From Bryobacteraceae bacterium (lineage in GTDB: Bacteria; Acidobacteriota; Terriglobia; Bryobacterales; Bryobacteraceae), in NCBI GenBank assembly GCA_035294665.1, contig DATGKM010000013.1, positions 31,406-95,405 on the forward strand: 64,000 bases of DNA. Reading direction: 5' to 3'. The position numbers and the translations under genes were made by a program. The notes beneath the pieces are model-generated. The model saw only the letters and a list, made by a program, of their open reading frames with translations, searched no databases and had not been told where the DNA came from. Of this stretch, positions 17,898-28,215 are shown one piece after another. The first letter of the stretch is position 1. Each line of letters starts with the position of its first letter.

Positions 17898-18135
17898 TCG
17901 ACCGGAATCGGACTCGCCTCGGCGGCGCATACGCGCGCCGCGCGCGTGATTGCAAAAATAGCACACTGCTTCTGACTCGCGCACAATGCCGTATACAAAA
18001 CGCTTATTTCCGTAATAAGAAATTTCCGTTTCACTTTGAGCGGAGTTGTTGGCAGCATATAGGGAAGCCGGACCCGGTTGTCCCGCCCCACGGCCCCCGT
18101 CTTAGCCGCCCATCAGATAAGGAGAAAGCGATTCG

Positions 18136-19944
18136 ATGGCGGACAACACCGCTCCTGAAATGAAACCCACTTTGGGTTTAACTGGTTTGACCATGAACGC
18201 CATGGCCCTGATTGCGCCGGGCGCCTTCCTTTGGCTGACATTTGTCGCGCAGGCCACAGCGGGCAATACCGCCCCGTCCATGTGGGCGGGCATTCTTTTT
18301 GCCGTTCTGCTTTGCCTGGCGACTGCCGTTTGCTATGCGGAGCTGGCGAAGTTGTATCCGGGAACGGGCAGCTCGTATTATTTCGCGGAGCAATCGTTCC
18401 TGAACCACGAAACGGCGTGGCCCTATGCTCGAATTTCGAAATTCATTGTCGGCTGGGGGTCGCATCTGTATTACTGGATCTATCCAGGCGTGATGTGCGG
18501 CGTCATGGGCGTGATCTGTGGGTATCTCGCCGGAACATTGTGGCCAAATTTCATGAGCGCTTCCAACCCGGGCCCGATGTTCATGATGGCCTGTGCCATT
18601 GCTACAGCTTTCGGCGTCGCTTACATCGCCCATCGCGGCGTCAGTGGTTCCACATCGGTCAATATCGCGATCAACGTGATCCAGATCAGCGCGTTGCTGG
18701 TCTTTTCCGTCATGGCGTTGAGCTATCGCCTAAACCATCAGCCGGGAACCTACGCTCTGAACTACGACTCGCAGACCACCGCCGCGTTTCCCTACGAATT
18801 TGCCACCGAAAAGCAGACCGTCAACGGGCAACAGGTCGATGTGATCTCGCGCGATGCGATGGGGAATCCCAAGCCCAAGCTGGACGCTTCCGGCAAGCCG
18901 GTTCCGTTCAAGATCGACTATCCCGAAACTGACGGCATGGGCCATTTCATGTCGCATCCCACTGCCGGGTCCGTTGTCGGAATCCACAATTTTGGCTGGA
19001 TGTTCGTTCAGGCGACCATCGCCATTCTAATTCTCGTGGGGTTCGAATCCGTCACCTCGATGGGAGGCGAGGCCAAAAACGCCAAACGCGATATACCCAT
19101 TGCGGTGATCGTCTCGCTGCTCGTGCAGGGCGTTTTCTGCTACCTGATTGAGTACTTCTGTGCAAACTACTTCCTCAATAACGGGTATCCGCTGACCGCT
19201 GCGACCGGGTCGGCCGCGCCCATCGGCGACATGATGATTATCGTTGGCGATGCGATCTTCGGCGCGGGTAACGGCAAGACGTTCATGCTGGTCGAAGCGT
19301 TTACGGTGTTTCTCGCGATCATCGGAACGACGTTATCCTGCATGAATACCGGCGCCCGCGTGACTTACGCCATGGGCAAAGATTCGGAGCTGCCGGACCA
19401 TCTGGGCAGGCTGCACGCGACCAACCTCACCCCGTCCCGGGCAATCTGGACCTTGGCGGCTATTTCCGCGGTAGTCGGCTGCCTGACGGTATCCAACCTA
19501 TTCGGCGATGCCGGAGCCTTGAGCGACTCCGCCATCAAAGCGCTGCCTCAGGGCTTCTGGTCGAGCTTCGGCTATTTATCGCATGATGCCATGGCGGCAC
19601 TGCCCAACTCGCTGCTCGCAGTCACGTTGGCCTCCAACTTCGGAACCTTCCTGCTGTACATGCTGAGCTGCATCATCTGCATCGTTGGTTACCACAACCA
19701 TCCGAACTTCAAGCCGATCCGCCACCTGTTGGTTCCGGTGTTCGGACTGCTGGCGAATCTTGCCTGCATGGCGTTCTACCTCATCGGGCCTTTTATGGGT
19801 TTCGGCACGAAACTGGAACCGTTCACGGCTTTGGGAGTCGCCGCCATCTGGTTAATTTATGGCGGTATCTACTTCATGCGATCCAGTAAGGCCGCCGGCC
19901 GAACCACTCTGGTACAACGGAAAGCCAGGCCGGCGCTCGGGTAA
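18136..19944 (+). CDS. APC-superfamily amino acid/polyamine permease
   Basis: About 12 TM segments. N-terminal GLTGLTMNAMALIAPGAF is typical of the APC family. AGGAGAA precedes the ATG. Confidence 0.8.
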   Translation: MADNTAPEMKPTLGLTGLTMNAMALIAPGAFLWLTFVAQATAGNTAPSMWAGILFAVLLCLATAVCYAELAKLYPGTGSSYYFAEQSFLNHETAWPYARISKFIVGWGSHLYYWIYPGVMCGVMGVICGYLAGTLWPNFMSASNPGPMFMMACAIATAFGVAYIAHRGVSGSTSVNIAINVIQISALLVFSVMALSYRLNHQPGTYALNYDSQTTAAFPYEFATEKQTVNGQQVDVISRDAMGNPKPKLDASGKPVPFKIDYPETDGMGHFMSHPTAGSVVGIHNFGWMFVQATIAILILVGFESVTSMGGEAKNAKRDIPIAVIVSLLVQGVFCYLIEYFCANYFLNNGYPLTAATGSAAPIGDMMIIVGDAIFGAGNGKTFMLVEAFTVFLAIIGTTLSCMNTGARVTYAMGKDSELPDHLGRLHATNLTPSRAIWTLAAISAVVGCLTVSNLFGDAGALSDSAIKALPQGFWSSFGYLSHDAMAALPNSLLAVTLASNFGTFLLYMLSCIICIVGYHNHPNFKPIRHLLVPVFGLLANLACMAFYLIGPFMGFGTKLEPFTALGVAAIWLIYGGIYFMRSSKAAGRTTLVQRKARPALG

Positions 19945-19966
19945 GTCTGCATTGAACACGTCCCTT

Positions 19967-20012
19967 CGGGCTGGCCGGAGCTGGAAGGCTCCGCCGGCCC
20001 GCTCTTTTTTTT
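19967..20012 (+). terminator. rho-independent terminator after the permease gene
   Basis: GC-rich hairpin (CGGGCTGGCCGGAGC...GGCTCCGCCGGCCCG) followed by T8. Confidence 0.7.
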
Positions 20013-20885
20013 ATGAGTCCGCGAAGCCTTCGGGATCGCCCGATGAGTAGCGCGACCGGTAATTCCGGCCGGCCCTCCGCTGCCGGCCTCGAACTCGAAT
20101 TTGCCCAACTCTCAGACTCGGGCCGGCTGCGGGACCACAATGAAGACTGTCTCGGATCGGTGCTGGCCGATACCCGCGAGCGCGCTCACACCCATGGCTG
20201 GCTCTTCGCCGTGGCCGATGGGCTGGGCGGGCATGAAAAAGGTGAAGTGGCCTCCAGCCTCGCCATCGAAACCATAACCGCCGGTTTTCGCGCCGCCGTG
20301 GCGGGCGAGCCGCACCCGGCGCTTCTGCAACGCCTGGTGCAAGCGGCCAATATTCAGGTTTATGAAGCCGGCCGCGCCGCCGGACCGGGCGGAGTTTCCA
20401 TGGGAACGACCATCGTGGCCTGCGCCCTGCGCTTCGATCGCGCGGCCATCGCGCATGTCGGCGATTCGCGCTGCTACCTGATCCGCCACGGCCGCGCCAC
20501 CCTCCTCACGCGCGATCACACCGTGGTAAACGATCAGGTCCGCATGGGCATCCTTTCCGCCAAAGAGGCCGCCCAGTCCGAAGCGCGCCATCTGCTCAGC
20601 CGCTCGCTCGGCAGCGATCTGTTCGTGGGCGTGGAAACCAGCGACCACCAGATCTTCTCCGGCGATATCCTCCTGCTCTGCTCCGATGGCTTTCACGGAT
20701 CTGTGGAAACCGCCGACCTCGGCAAACTGGTCTCGCGGACTCCCGATCTCCAACAGGCGGCGGCGAACCTGGTCGAACTTGCCAATGAGCGGGACGGCGG
20801 CGACAATATCAGTGTTCAGTTGATCCGCGTACGCGGCGTGGAGCGCGTAGGCATGTACCGCGGGCGGCCTTACCCTTTGCGGTAA
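20013..20885 (+). CDS. PP2C-family Ser/Thr protein phosphatase
   Basis: RDHNEDC, FAVADGLGGHEKGEVAS and DGGDNISV motifs. The true start may be ATG 20043, because 20013 abuts the terminator T-tract. Confidence 0.85.
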   Translation: MSPRSLRDRPMSSATGNSGRPSAAGLELEFAQLSDSGRLRDHNEDCLGSVLADTRERAHTHGWLFAVADGLGGHEKGEVASSLAIETITAGFRAAVAGEPHPALLQRLVQAANIQVYEAGRAAGPGGVSMGTTIVACALRFDRAAIAHVGDSRCYLIRHGRATLLTRDHTVVNDQVRMGILSAKEAAQSEARHLLSRSLGSDLFVGVETSDHQIFSGDILLLCSDGFHGSVETADLGKLVSRTPDLQQAAANLVELANERDGGDNISVQLIRVRGVERVGMYRGRPYPLR

Positions 20886-20919
20886 GCCGGATCGCCCTAA
20901 AGAAAGCTGAACGGCACCC

Positions 20920-21888
20920 ATGGCTGCATTGCACGCCGGCGACACGCTGGATCATTACCGCATCGAAAAGCTCGTGGCCCGCAGCGGTATGGCTTCCATC
21001 TGGCGGGCGACCGATACCGACAATGGCCGCGCGGTTGCCATTAAAATTCCGCATCCGGAAGTGGAAGCCGACCCCGTCTTTTTCGACCGCTTCCAGCGCG
21101 AGCAGGAGATCGGCCGCAAGCTCGACCATCCGTACGTCATGAAGGTGTTCGCCGATGATCGCCGCAGCGATGTCTACATGGTGATGGAGTGGGTGGAAGG
21201 CCGCTTGCTCCGCGAGATCCTTCGCGAGCAAGGCAAACTGCCCGTAGACCGCGCCGTGCGCCTAGCCGCCAGAATTGCCGAGGCGCTCGATTATATTCAC
21301 GGCCACGGTGTGGTTCACCGCGACCTCAAGCCCGAAAACATTATGGTGAACGGCCAGGACGAGATCAAGCTGATCGATTTCGGTATCGCCGGAAACGAAG
21401 GCTCGCGCCGCCTGACCTTCGCCAAGCTCTCGAACCTTATGGGCACGCCGGATTACATTTCGCCCGAGCAGGTAAAAGGCAAGCGCGGCGACGGCCGTAG
21501 CGACATCTACGCCCTGGGCGTGATGCTCTACGAAATGCTCACCGGCAAGGTGCCCTTCGAAGGGCCCAACGCTTTCGCCATTATGAACGAGCGCCTGCTG
21601 AACAACCCCGTTCCGCCGCGCGAACTCGATCCCAGGATCTCCCCGCAGTTGCAGGAGATCGTTTACCGCGCCCTCGAGCGGGACCCCAAGAACCGGTACG
21701 CCGCCGCCCGCGAAATGGTCTGGGACCTCGAGCATCAGGACCAGGTCGGTGTCGCCGAACGAGTCGAATTGACGGACTGGAAACGGCGCAAAGCGCAATG
21801 GCCCCGGCGCATCGCCTTTTATGTGCTGCTGGCGCTAATCCCGGTAGTAGTGTTCAGCGTTCTCATCTGGGTAGCCAGGCACACGTAG
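20920..21888 (+). CDS. Ser/Thr protein kinase with C-terminal TM anchor
   Basis: VAIKIP (VAIK), HRDLKPENIM, DFGIA and GTPDYISPE motifs. Hydrophobic tail. Confidence 0.9.
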   Translation: MAALHAGDTLDHYRIEKLVARSGMASIWRATDTDNGRAVAIKIPHPEVEADPVFFDRFQREQEIGRKLDHPYVMKVFADDRRSDVYMVMEWVEGRLLREILREQGKLPVDRAVRLAARIAEALDYIHGHGVVHRDLKPENIMVNGQDEIKLIDFGIAGNEGSRRLTFAKLSNLMGTPDYISPEQVKGKRGDGRSDIYALGVMLYEMLTGKVPFEGPNAFAIMNERLLNNPVPPRELDPRISPQLQEIVYRALERDPKNRYAAAREMVWDLEHQDQVGVAERVELTDWKRRKAQWPRRIAFYVLLALIPVVVFSVLIWVARHT

Positions 21889-21965
21889 AATAGCTCTAAT
21901 GGCAGCCTGACTCTTTCGGGCCAGTATTTTGTGCTCCCGCCATCCCTGGTTCAAAATTGTAAGGA

Positions 21966-23822
21966 ATGCTTCAATTCCGTCGTGTTTGCTTCCCAGGGGT
22001 CTTGTGTCTTGTATCGTTGGCCGGGGCGCAGCCGCTCGTGCCCCAAACACCACCGCATCGGCTGACTTTTCAGAATTCGTCGCGGTTCCATGACTTGATA
22101 CGCGCCGGCAACTTGTACCTTTCCGTGCGCGACGCGCTCGCGCTGGCGATCGAAAACAATCTGGATGTCGAGCTGCAGCGTTACCAGCCGGCCATCTCCG
22201 ATACCGACCTGCTGCGCGCCAAAGGCGGCGGAATCGTGCGCGGTCTCGATTTCACGCTCGCCGAAGTGCCCACCGGAGTGGGCGGCCCCCTCAGCCCCGT
22301 GCTGCTCAACCCGGCCGTCTCCACAGGTGTCTCCGGCGGTAGTTCCGTCAGTACCAACGCGCTCGAACTCGGTGTGCTCGCGGCCCCCCAAGTGAATCTC
22401 TCCATGGAGGGCACAGTCCCCCAATCCACCGGCACCGCGGTTCCCATTTACGATATGTCGGTCCTAAGCCAACTGAACTGGACTCACACCAGCACCCCGG
22501 AAGCGAATCCCTTGGCAACCGGCGGCCTGCCCTCTTTAAACAGCAGCAGTTCCGTGATCAATGCAGGAGTCACCCAGGGATTCGCCACCGGCGCGCAAGT
22601 GACGCTGAGCTATGACAACACGCACGAATCGCTAAACGCCCTGAACTACGGCTATAATCCGTACACCACGTCGAGCCTCGGCCTCACGGTCACCCAGCCC
22701 CTGCTGCGCAATTTCGGTTTGGCCCTGAACCGCCGTTTCATCCGCATCGCCGGCGACGAACGCCGCATCGGCAGCCTTCTGTTCCAGCAGCAGCTCATTC
22801 AAACGGTTTACGGCGTCATCCGCCTCTACACCGATTTCGTGGCGCTTTATGAGGACGTCAAAGTGAAGCAGGAATCGCTGCGTTCGGCGGAAAAGCTCCT
22901 GGAAGACGTGAAGGCGCAGGTGGAACAAGGCACGCTTGCCCCGGTGGAAGCCACCAGAGCCAATGCCCAGGTCTATGCGACGCGCCAGGACCTGGCCAAC
23001 TCGCAGGGGCTGGTGGAAGAGCAGGAAGCCATCCTGAAGAACGTCCTTACCCGCACCGGCAACGCCGATCCGGAAGTGCAAATGGCCCACATCGTTCCCA
23101 CCGATACCCTGAGCATCCCGGAAAAGGAAGATATCCGCCCCATTCAGGACCTGATGAATGAGGCGCTCGCCCGCCGGCCCGATCTCGACCAGGCCCGGCT
23201 GCAAGTCGATATCGGCAAGATCGGGCTGGAAGGCGACCGTAGCGCCACCAAGCCCGAACTGGACCTGGTCGGCATCGCACAAAATAACGGCCTGGCCGGC
23301 TCTTTGAACCCGCTCGCCTCCAACTCCTCACCCGCGCTCATCGGCGGATTCGGCAGCGTGCTGGACCAGATCTTCTCGCGCAAATACCCCACCTACGGCA
23401 TCGGCGTGAACTTGAATTTTCCGATTCACAACCGCATCGCCGAAGCCGACCTGGCGCGCGACCAGATTCAGCTCGAGCGCTCCCAGATTCGCGTCCGTGA
23501 ACTGGAAAACCAGGCCCGCCTGGAAATCGAAGATGCGCTCATCGCCATGCGCCGCGCGCGCGCTTCCGCCGAAGCCGCCACCCAGGCGCGGCTGCTCCAG
23601 GAGCAATCGCTCGAAGTGGAGCAGGCCAAATTCCAGGTGGGCGCTTCCACCAGCTTTTTCGTGATCCAGTACGAAACCCTGCTGGCCCAGGCCCGCTCGA
23701 CCGAAGTGGCCGCCAAAAGCGCCTACGTCAAAGCGCGCGCCGCCCTGGAGCGCGCCATCGGCACAATCCTCGATGACAATGGCATTTCGATCGCGGACGC
23801 CCAGGCGGGATCGGTGCGGTAA
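21966..23822 (+). CDS. TolC-family outer membrane efflux protein
   Basis: Signal peptide. Two repeated halves with the characteristic LSL.DALALAIENN and coiled-coil segments. Confidence 0.8.
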   Translation: MLQFRRVCFPGVLCLVSLAGAQPLVPQTPPHRLTFQNSSRFHDLIRAGNLYLSVRDALALAIENNLDVELQRYQPAISDTDLLRAKGGGIVRGLDFTLAEVPTGVGGPLSPVLLNPAVSTGVSGGSSVSTNALELGVLAAPQVNLSMEGTVPQSTGTAVPIYDMSVLSQLNWTHTSTPEANPLATGGLPSLNSSSSVINAGVTQGFATGAQVTLSYDNTHESLNALNYGYNPYTTSSLGLTVTQPLLRNFGLALNRRFIRIAGDERRIGSLLFQQQLIQTVYGVIRLYTDFVALYEDVKVKQESLRSAEKLLEDVKAQVEQGTLAPVEATRANAQVYATRQDLANSQGLVEEQEAILKNVLTRTGNADPEVQMAHIVPTDTLSIPEKEDIRPIQDLMNEALARRPDLDQARLQVDIGKIGLEGDRSATKPELDLVGIAQNNGLAGSLNPLASNSSPALIGGFGSVLDQIFSRKYPTYGIGVNLNFPIHNRIAEADLARDQIQLERSQIRVRELENQARLEIEDALIAMRRARASAEAATQARLLQEQSLEVEQAKFQVGASTSFFVIQYETLLAQARSTEVAAKSAYVKARAALERAIGTILDDNGISIADAQAGSVR

Positions 23823-24112
23823 AAGTTTTCGCCGCTGATACTTCCGCCGCGCTCAGCGGACGCCCTGCGAAGGACGGCCTTTCACCAGCGCTCGGCGCGG
23901 AATCCGCTCTCGATTCGCTTCGTCTCCGGGTACCGGCGCGTTTCCGCGCCCCGCCCGCTTCAGCAAGCGTTTCGCCGTCCCAATATTTCCACGCTGGGCT
24001 CGTTCCCGAAAGTGATCCTCCGTGCGATGGCCGCACGACCTCTCTAATTACACAGCCTATTATTTGGCAAGTCCGGCGCGAACTGCTCTTTGACCCTGGC
24101 GCTCCGAACGAA

Positions 24113-26689
24113 CTACTCTTCCCGCAAAATCTCCAGCGGCTTGCGCCCCAGCACGCGGAAACTGGCCGCCCATCCGGCAGCCACCGCCAGTGCGACCGCA
24201 ACCAGCACGGCTGCGCCGTTCGCCGCCGGGTCGAAGCGGAACGGAATCTGCATCAGGTGCTGGAGAATCAATGCCGCGAAGCCGCTCGCCAGCAGGCTGC
24301 CGATCAATCCCGCCGCCGCGCCCAGCACCAGAAATTCCAGCGAAAAAATGCCCGCGATGCGATGCCGCGTGGCGCCCAGCGTCTTCAGGATCACCACTTC
24401 GCGCATGCGGCGGAAGCGCGTCCCCGCCACGCTCGAAGCCAACATGACCGCGCCCGCCAGAATGGTGAACGCGGAAATGAACCGCACCAGCAGCGCGATC
24501 TGGTCCACCACCTGTTCCACCGTTTGCATCACGTCCGCCATATTGACCACGGTCACCGTCGGGTAGCGCTCGTATAACGCGCGCTGCAGCGGCGCTACCG
24601 ATGAGGGCAGCACGCGCGCGCTGCCGTAATACACGGCGGGAAAGCCATCCAGATGGCCCGGATTGAACAGGAACTCGAACCGCGCCGCCATGCGTAGCGA
24701 TTCCGTGCGTTCGATGCAGGCGACTCGCGTGCGCAGGTTCTGGTTCCAAATGCTCCAGTCCACGGTCGAACCCGGCTTCAAATTCAGAATGCGCGCCGAT
24801 TCCTCGTCCACGCACACCAGCGCGTCGCGCTCGCCGGGCTTCCACCACGCGCCCGCCAGGATCTGCATTTCCGCAGGTTTCTCGCTCATGGCCGTAACCG
24901 AGCGCGTGCGCAGAAAGCGCCGGCCCCAGTCGCGCAGCGGCAGTTTTTCGATCGGAACTCCGTCGATAGCGGCGATGCGCGCGGCCACGGCGCCGGCGAT
25001 CTCCGGCGGGGCCGCCACGCCGGGCTGTTTGGCGATGATACCGGAAATCTCCTGCCGCTGTTCGGCCGGAACGTCCAGCAAAAAGACGTTGGGCGTTCCC
25101 GGCGGCGCGTTGGCGCGGATCTGCCGCAGCAGACCGCTCTGCACCAGGAAGACCGTGAGCGTGAACATGACGCCGATGCCCAACGCCACCAGCGCCGCGG
25201 CCGCTTGATTGCCGGGGCGGTAGAGATTGGAAATTCCGTGCCGCCAGGCAGCCGGCAGAGCATGACCAGTATGGCGGGAGAAGAAACGCACGCCCCGCAG
25301 CAGCGCCCACGCGCTCGCGGCGAGCAAAGCGATTCCCATGGTGAGGGCCAGCGTGAAATAGAGGCCGGTGCGTAGAGCCAGCTTCCAGCCGCCGTCCGTG
25401 AGCGTGGCGGCTACCACCCCCGTGCCGATCAGAATGGCCGCGCCCGCCAGCAGTGAGGGACGCGCTTCCGCGGAAAACCACCGCCGCCGGCGCGCGGCAG
25501 CTTCCGGTTCCATATCGCGCCGGAAAATCTGCGCCGGCCGGATGGAGCGGATTCCGAGTAGCGGCGGCGCCGTGAAGAGCAACGTTACCAGGCACGCCAC
25601 CCCTACCCCCTGCAGTGCCGGCCACCATGCAATTCCGGCGGCTTCCGGTAGCGGCAGATAGCGCGCCAGCACCGCGGGAAACGCCGCCGCGGCCGAAACT
25701 CCCAGAATCACCCCCAGCACTCCGCCCGCCCCGCCCAACAGCAGCGTCTGCGCCACGTAAATGCGCAGGACTTGCCCCGAGCGGCCCCCCACGCACTTCA
25801 TTACCGCGATGGAATCGAGCTGTTGCTGGAGGTGCCCGTGCATCGCGCTGGCCACGCCCATGGCACCGATGACCAGCGCGATCAAACCAATCAGGCTCAG
25901 AAATGTTGTGGAGCGGTCGAGCCCGCGCGTGATGATGGGATGCGTTTCGCGGTAATCGGCCAGAGTGGCTTCCGGAAAAGCGCTCTTCAAAATGGCGCGC
26001 ACTTCGGCCACGCCCGGAGCGCCGGAGGCCGGCAGCTTGAACAGGTACCGTTCGGAGGCGCGGCTGCCCAGCGTGATCAGTCCGGTGCGCGCCAGCCCCT
26101 CGCGGGTCATCATCACCCGCGGCCCGACGTTCAGCGTGCCCGTCATGCGGTCCGGCTCGGAAGCCAGCACGCCGGCAATTTGAAATTCCTGTCCGCCTAT
26201 GCGCAGCGTATCGCCGGTCTTGGCATTCAGACGCGGAAGCAGGTCGCTCGAAACGGCCACAGTGCGCGCGTTGAGCGCCGCCGCCAGCGGCCGCGGCGGA
26301 TCGAGCTTCACTTCGCCATAGAACGGATAAGCGCGCGGATCGACCGCTTTGACCGAAATCAGCAGGGGATCGCCCGCGCGTGCCGAAGTTGCCATCGTCA
26401 AAGTTTCCGTGATCTGCGTGCGCTCCACGCCGCGCCTCGCGAGCCCGGCGAGCGCCGCGTTTTGCGCCGGCGAAGTAGCGCCGAAAATGCGCGCCGAAAT
26501 ATCGCCGGCCATCAACGTGCGCGCCTGGCGCAGCAGCATCCGCCGGAACGACCAGCTAAAGCCGCGCACTCCGGTGAGCGCGCCCGTTCCCAGCGCCACC
26601 GCCACGATCACAAACAGGAACTTGGTCCGCGAAGCGCGCAATTCGCGCCATCCGATGCGGAACGCCACGCTCCACGCAAGCGAGTTCAT
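24113..26689 (-). CDS. ABC transporter permease with two FtsX domains (YbbP-like)
   Basis: About 858 aa with duplicated FtsX-type 4-TM modules. Start MNSLAWSVAFRIGWRELR overlaps the ATPase stop (ATGA). Confidence 0.8.
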   Translation of the reverse strand: MNSLAWSVAFRIGWRELRASRTKFLFVIVAVALGTGALTGVRGFSWSFRRMLLRQARTLMAGDISARIFGATSPAQNAALAGLARRGVERTQITETLTMATSARAGDPLLISVKAVDPRAYPFYGEVKLDPPRPLAAALNARTVAVSSDLLPRLNAKTGDTLRIGGQEFQIAGVLASEPDRMTGTLNVGPRVMMTREGLARTGLITLGSRASERYLFKLPASGAPGVAEVRAILKSAFPEATLADYRETHPIITRGLDRSTTFLSLIGLIALVIGAMGVASAMHGHLQQQLDSIAVMKCVGGRSGQVLRIYVAQTLLLGGAGGVLGVILGVSAAAAFPAVLARYLPLPEAAGIAWWPALQGVGVACLVTLLFTAPPLLGIRSIRPAQIFRRDMEPEAAARRRRWFSAEARPSLLAGAAILIGTGVVAATLTDGGWKLALRTGLYFTLALTMGIALLAASAWALLRGVRFFSRHTGHALPAAWRHGISNLYRPGNQAAAALVALGIGVMFTLTVFLVQSGLLRQIRANAPPGTPNVFLLDVPAEQRQEISGIIAKQPGVAAPPEIAGAVAARIAAIDGVPIEKLPLRDWGRRFLRTRSVTAMSEKPAEMQILAGAWWKPGERDALVCVDEESARILNLKPGSTVDWSIWNQNLRTRVACIERTESLRMAARFEFLFNPGHLDGFPAVYYGSARVLPSSVAPLQRALYERYPTVTVVNMADVMQTVEQVVDQIALLVRFISAFTILAGAVMLASSVAGTRFRRMREVVILKTLGATRHRIAGIFSLEFLVLGAAAGLIGSLLASGFAALILQHLMQIPFRFDPAANGAAVLVAVALAVAAGWAASFRVLGRKPLEILREE

Positions 26690-27369
26690 CGGCCCACCGC
26701 CAGGCTGTCGTTGGTCACCAGGCCGTCCCGCAATACGATGCGCCGGTCCGCGCATTCGGCGATCGATTCTTCGTGGGTCACCATCACCATGGTGGCGCCC
26801 TGCTCGCGGTTCATTGCCAGCATCAGGTCGAGGACCACGCGGCCGGTGGCGCTATCCAGATTTCCGGTCGGTTCATCGGCCAAAAGAATCGGCGGGCGCA
26901 GCGCAAAGGCTCGCGCCAGCGCGACTCGCTGCTGCTCGCCGCCGGAAAGCTGCACGGGGTAATGATCGCGCCGCCCGCCCAGGCCCACCCGCTCCAGCAA
27001 TTCGCGCGCCCTCGCCGGCCCGCCCGCGCCGTTGCCCGCCAGTTCCATCGGCAGCAGCACGTTCTCTTCCGCCGTGAGTGTCGGAATCAGATGGTACGAC
27101 TGAAACACGAATCCAATTTTCCGCCCGCGCACCAGCGCCATCGCGTCTTCCTGGAGCGAAGTGATCTCTTCGCCATCCAGAACGATCTTGCCGGAGGTAG
27201 GCGAATCGAGTCCCGCCAGCAAGCCCAGCAGCGTGCTCTTGCCGCTGCCCGAAGGCCCCATGATAGCCGCGAACTGCCCGCGCGGAATGTGCAGGTCGAT
27301 GCCCTTCAGAATATCGACGCGATGCGTGCCCGTGTCGATGGACTTCGTTAACCCGCGGACTTCAATCAA
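26686..27369 (-). CDS. ABC transporter ATP-binding protein (YbbA/LolD-like)
   Basis: [25 protein letters not shown] and LLADEPTGNLD motifs. Confidence 0.9.
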   Translation of the reverse strand: MIEVRGLTKSIDTGTHRVDILKGIDLHIPRGQFAAIMGPSGSGKSTLLGLLAGLDSPTSGKIVLDGEEITSLQEDAMALVRGRKIGFVFQSYHLIPTLTAEENVLLPMELAGNGAGGPARARELLERVGLGGRRDHYPVQLSGGEQQRVALARAFALRPPILLADEPTGNLDSATGRVVLDLMLAMNREQGATMVMVTHEESIAECADRRIVLRDGLVTNDSLAVGR

Positions 27370-27570
27370 ATCTCATTATGGCAGGCGTGTGGAAAGGGGC
27401 TCGCAAGTTGTCCGGGATGGCGGCGATTATTCTTTGTTTCGCTGCCGGCCGGCGAGCAACCATTTCCCGCAGCGCCCCAGCACGAAGCACACCCAAGGTG
27501 CATATCGGTCTATTTCATTACAGCCGCTTTCCCGCCCGCGGCAGGTGAGGCTGCTTTATTATGCAATGAG

Positions 27571-28215
27571 ATGAGGAAAAGCCGATTCCTCCCTTCCCTG
27601 GCCCTCTTTACCTGCGCATACGTGCTGTTTGCCCAGGACCTCCCGCGCATCGTCTGCTTCGGAGACAGCCTCACCGCCGGCTACGGCCTCGATCCCGGCC
27701 AAAGCTACCCCGATCTGCTGCAGCGCGAACTCGATCGCCGCGGCTACCACTATCAGGTGGTCAATCGCGGCGAGAGCGGCGATACCACGCAGGATGGGCT
27801 GGGGCGGCTGAGTTCGGTCCTGAACCAGCATCCGCAAATCGTCATTCTCGAATTCGGCGCCAATGACGGCCTGCGCGGCCAGCCGGTCTCCGTCGCCGAA
27901 ATGCACCTGGCGCGGCTCATCGAAGAGTTGCGCAAAGCCGGCGCGAAAGTGATGCTGGCCGGGATTACGCTGCCGCCCAATTACGGCGCGGACTACGTAA
28001 AGCGCTTCGATGCCATGTACACGGATCTCGCCAAACGCTACCAGCTTCCCCTGCTCCCGTTTCTGCTCGATGGGGTCGCCACCAAACCCGAGCTGATGCA
28101 GCAGGATGGCCTTCACCCCAACGCCGCCGGTACGCGCATCGTGGTCCAGAATGTGCTGAAAACCTTGCAGCCGCTACTGACCGCTCCCTCACGGTCGCGG
28201 CTCGGACATAAGTAG
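27571..28215 (+). CDS. SGNH/GDSL arylesterase (TesA-like)
   Basis: IVCFGDSLTAGYG and DGLHPN motifs. Divergent from the ybbA/ybbP-like pair, as in E. coli. Confidence 0.8.
   Translation: MRKSRFLPSLALFTCAYVLFAQDLPRIVCFGDSLTAGYGLDPGQSYPDLLQRELDRRGYHYQVVNRGESGDTTQDGLGRLSSVLNQHPQIVILEFGANDGLRGQPVSVAEMHLARLIEELRKAGAKVMLAGITLPPNYGADYVKRFDAMYTDLAKRYQLPLLPFLLDGVATKPELMQQDGLHPNAAGTRIVVQNVLKTLQPLLTAPSRSRLGHK

Noticed and set aside
17940-17975. Sigma-54 promoter upstream of the amt operon (minus strand GTGTGCTATTTTTGCAAT)
   Set aside because: The TTGCA -12 element is present, but the -24 position reads TG instead of the essentially invariant GG. The match is too weak to call.
23823-24112. Hidden gene or RNA in the 290-nt convergent spacer between TolC and the FtsX permease
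   Set aside because: It contains only a 7-bp stem (CCGCTGA/TCAGCGG) without a U-tract. No protein-like ORF or recognisable RNA motif is present, so there is nothing I can support.
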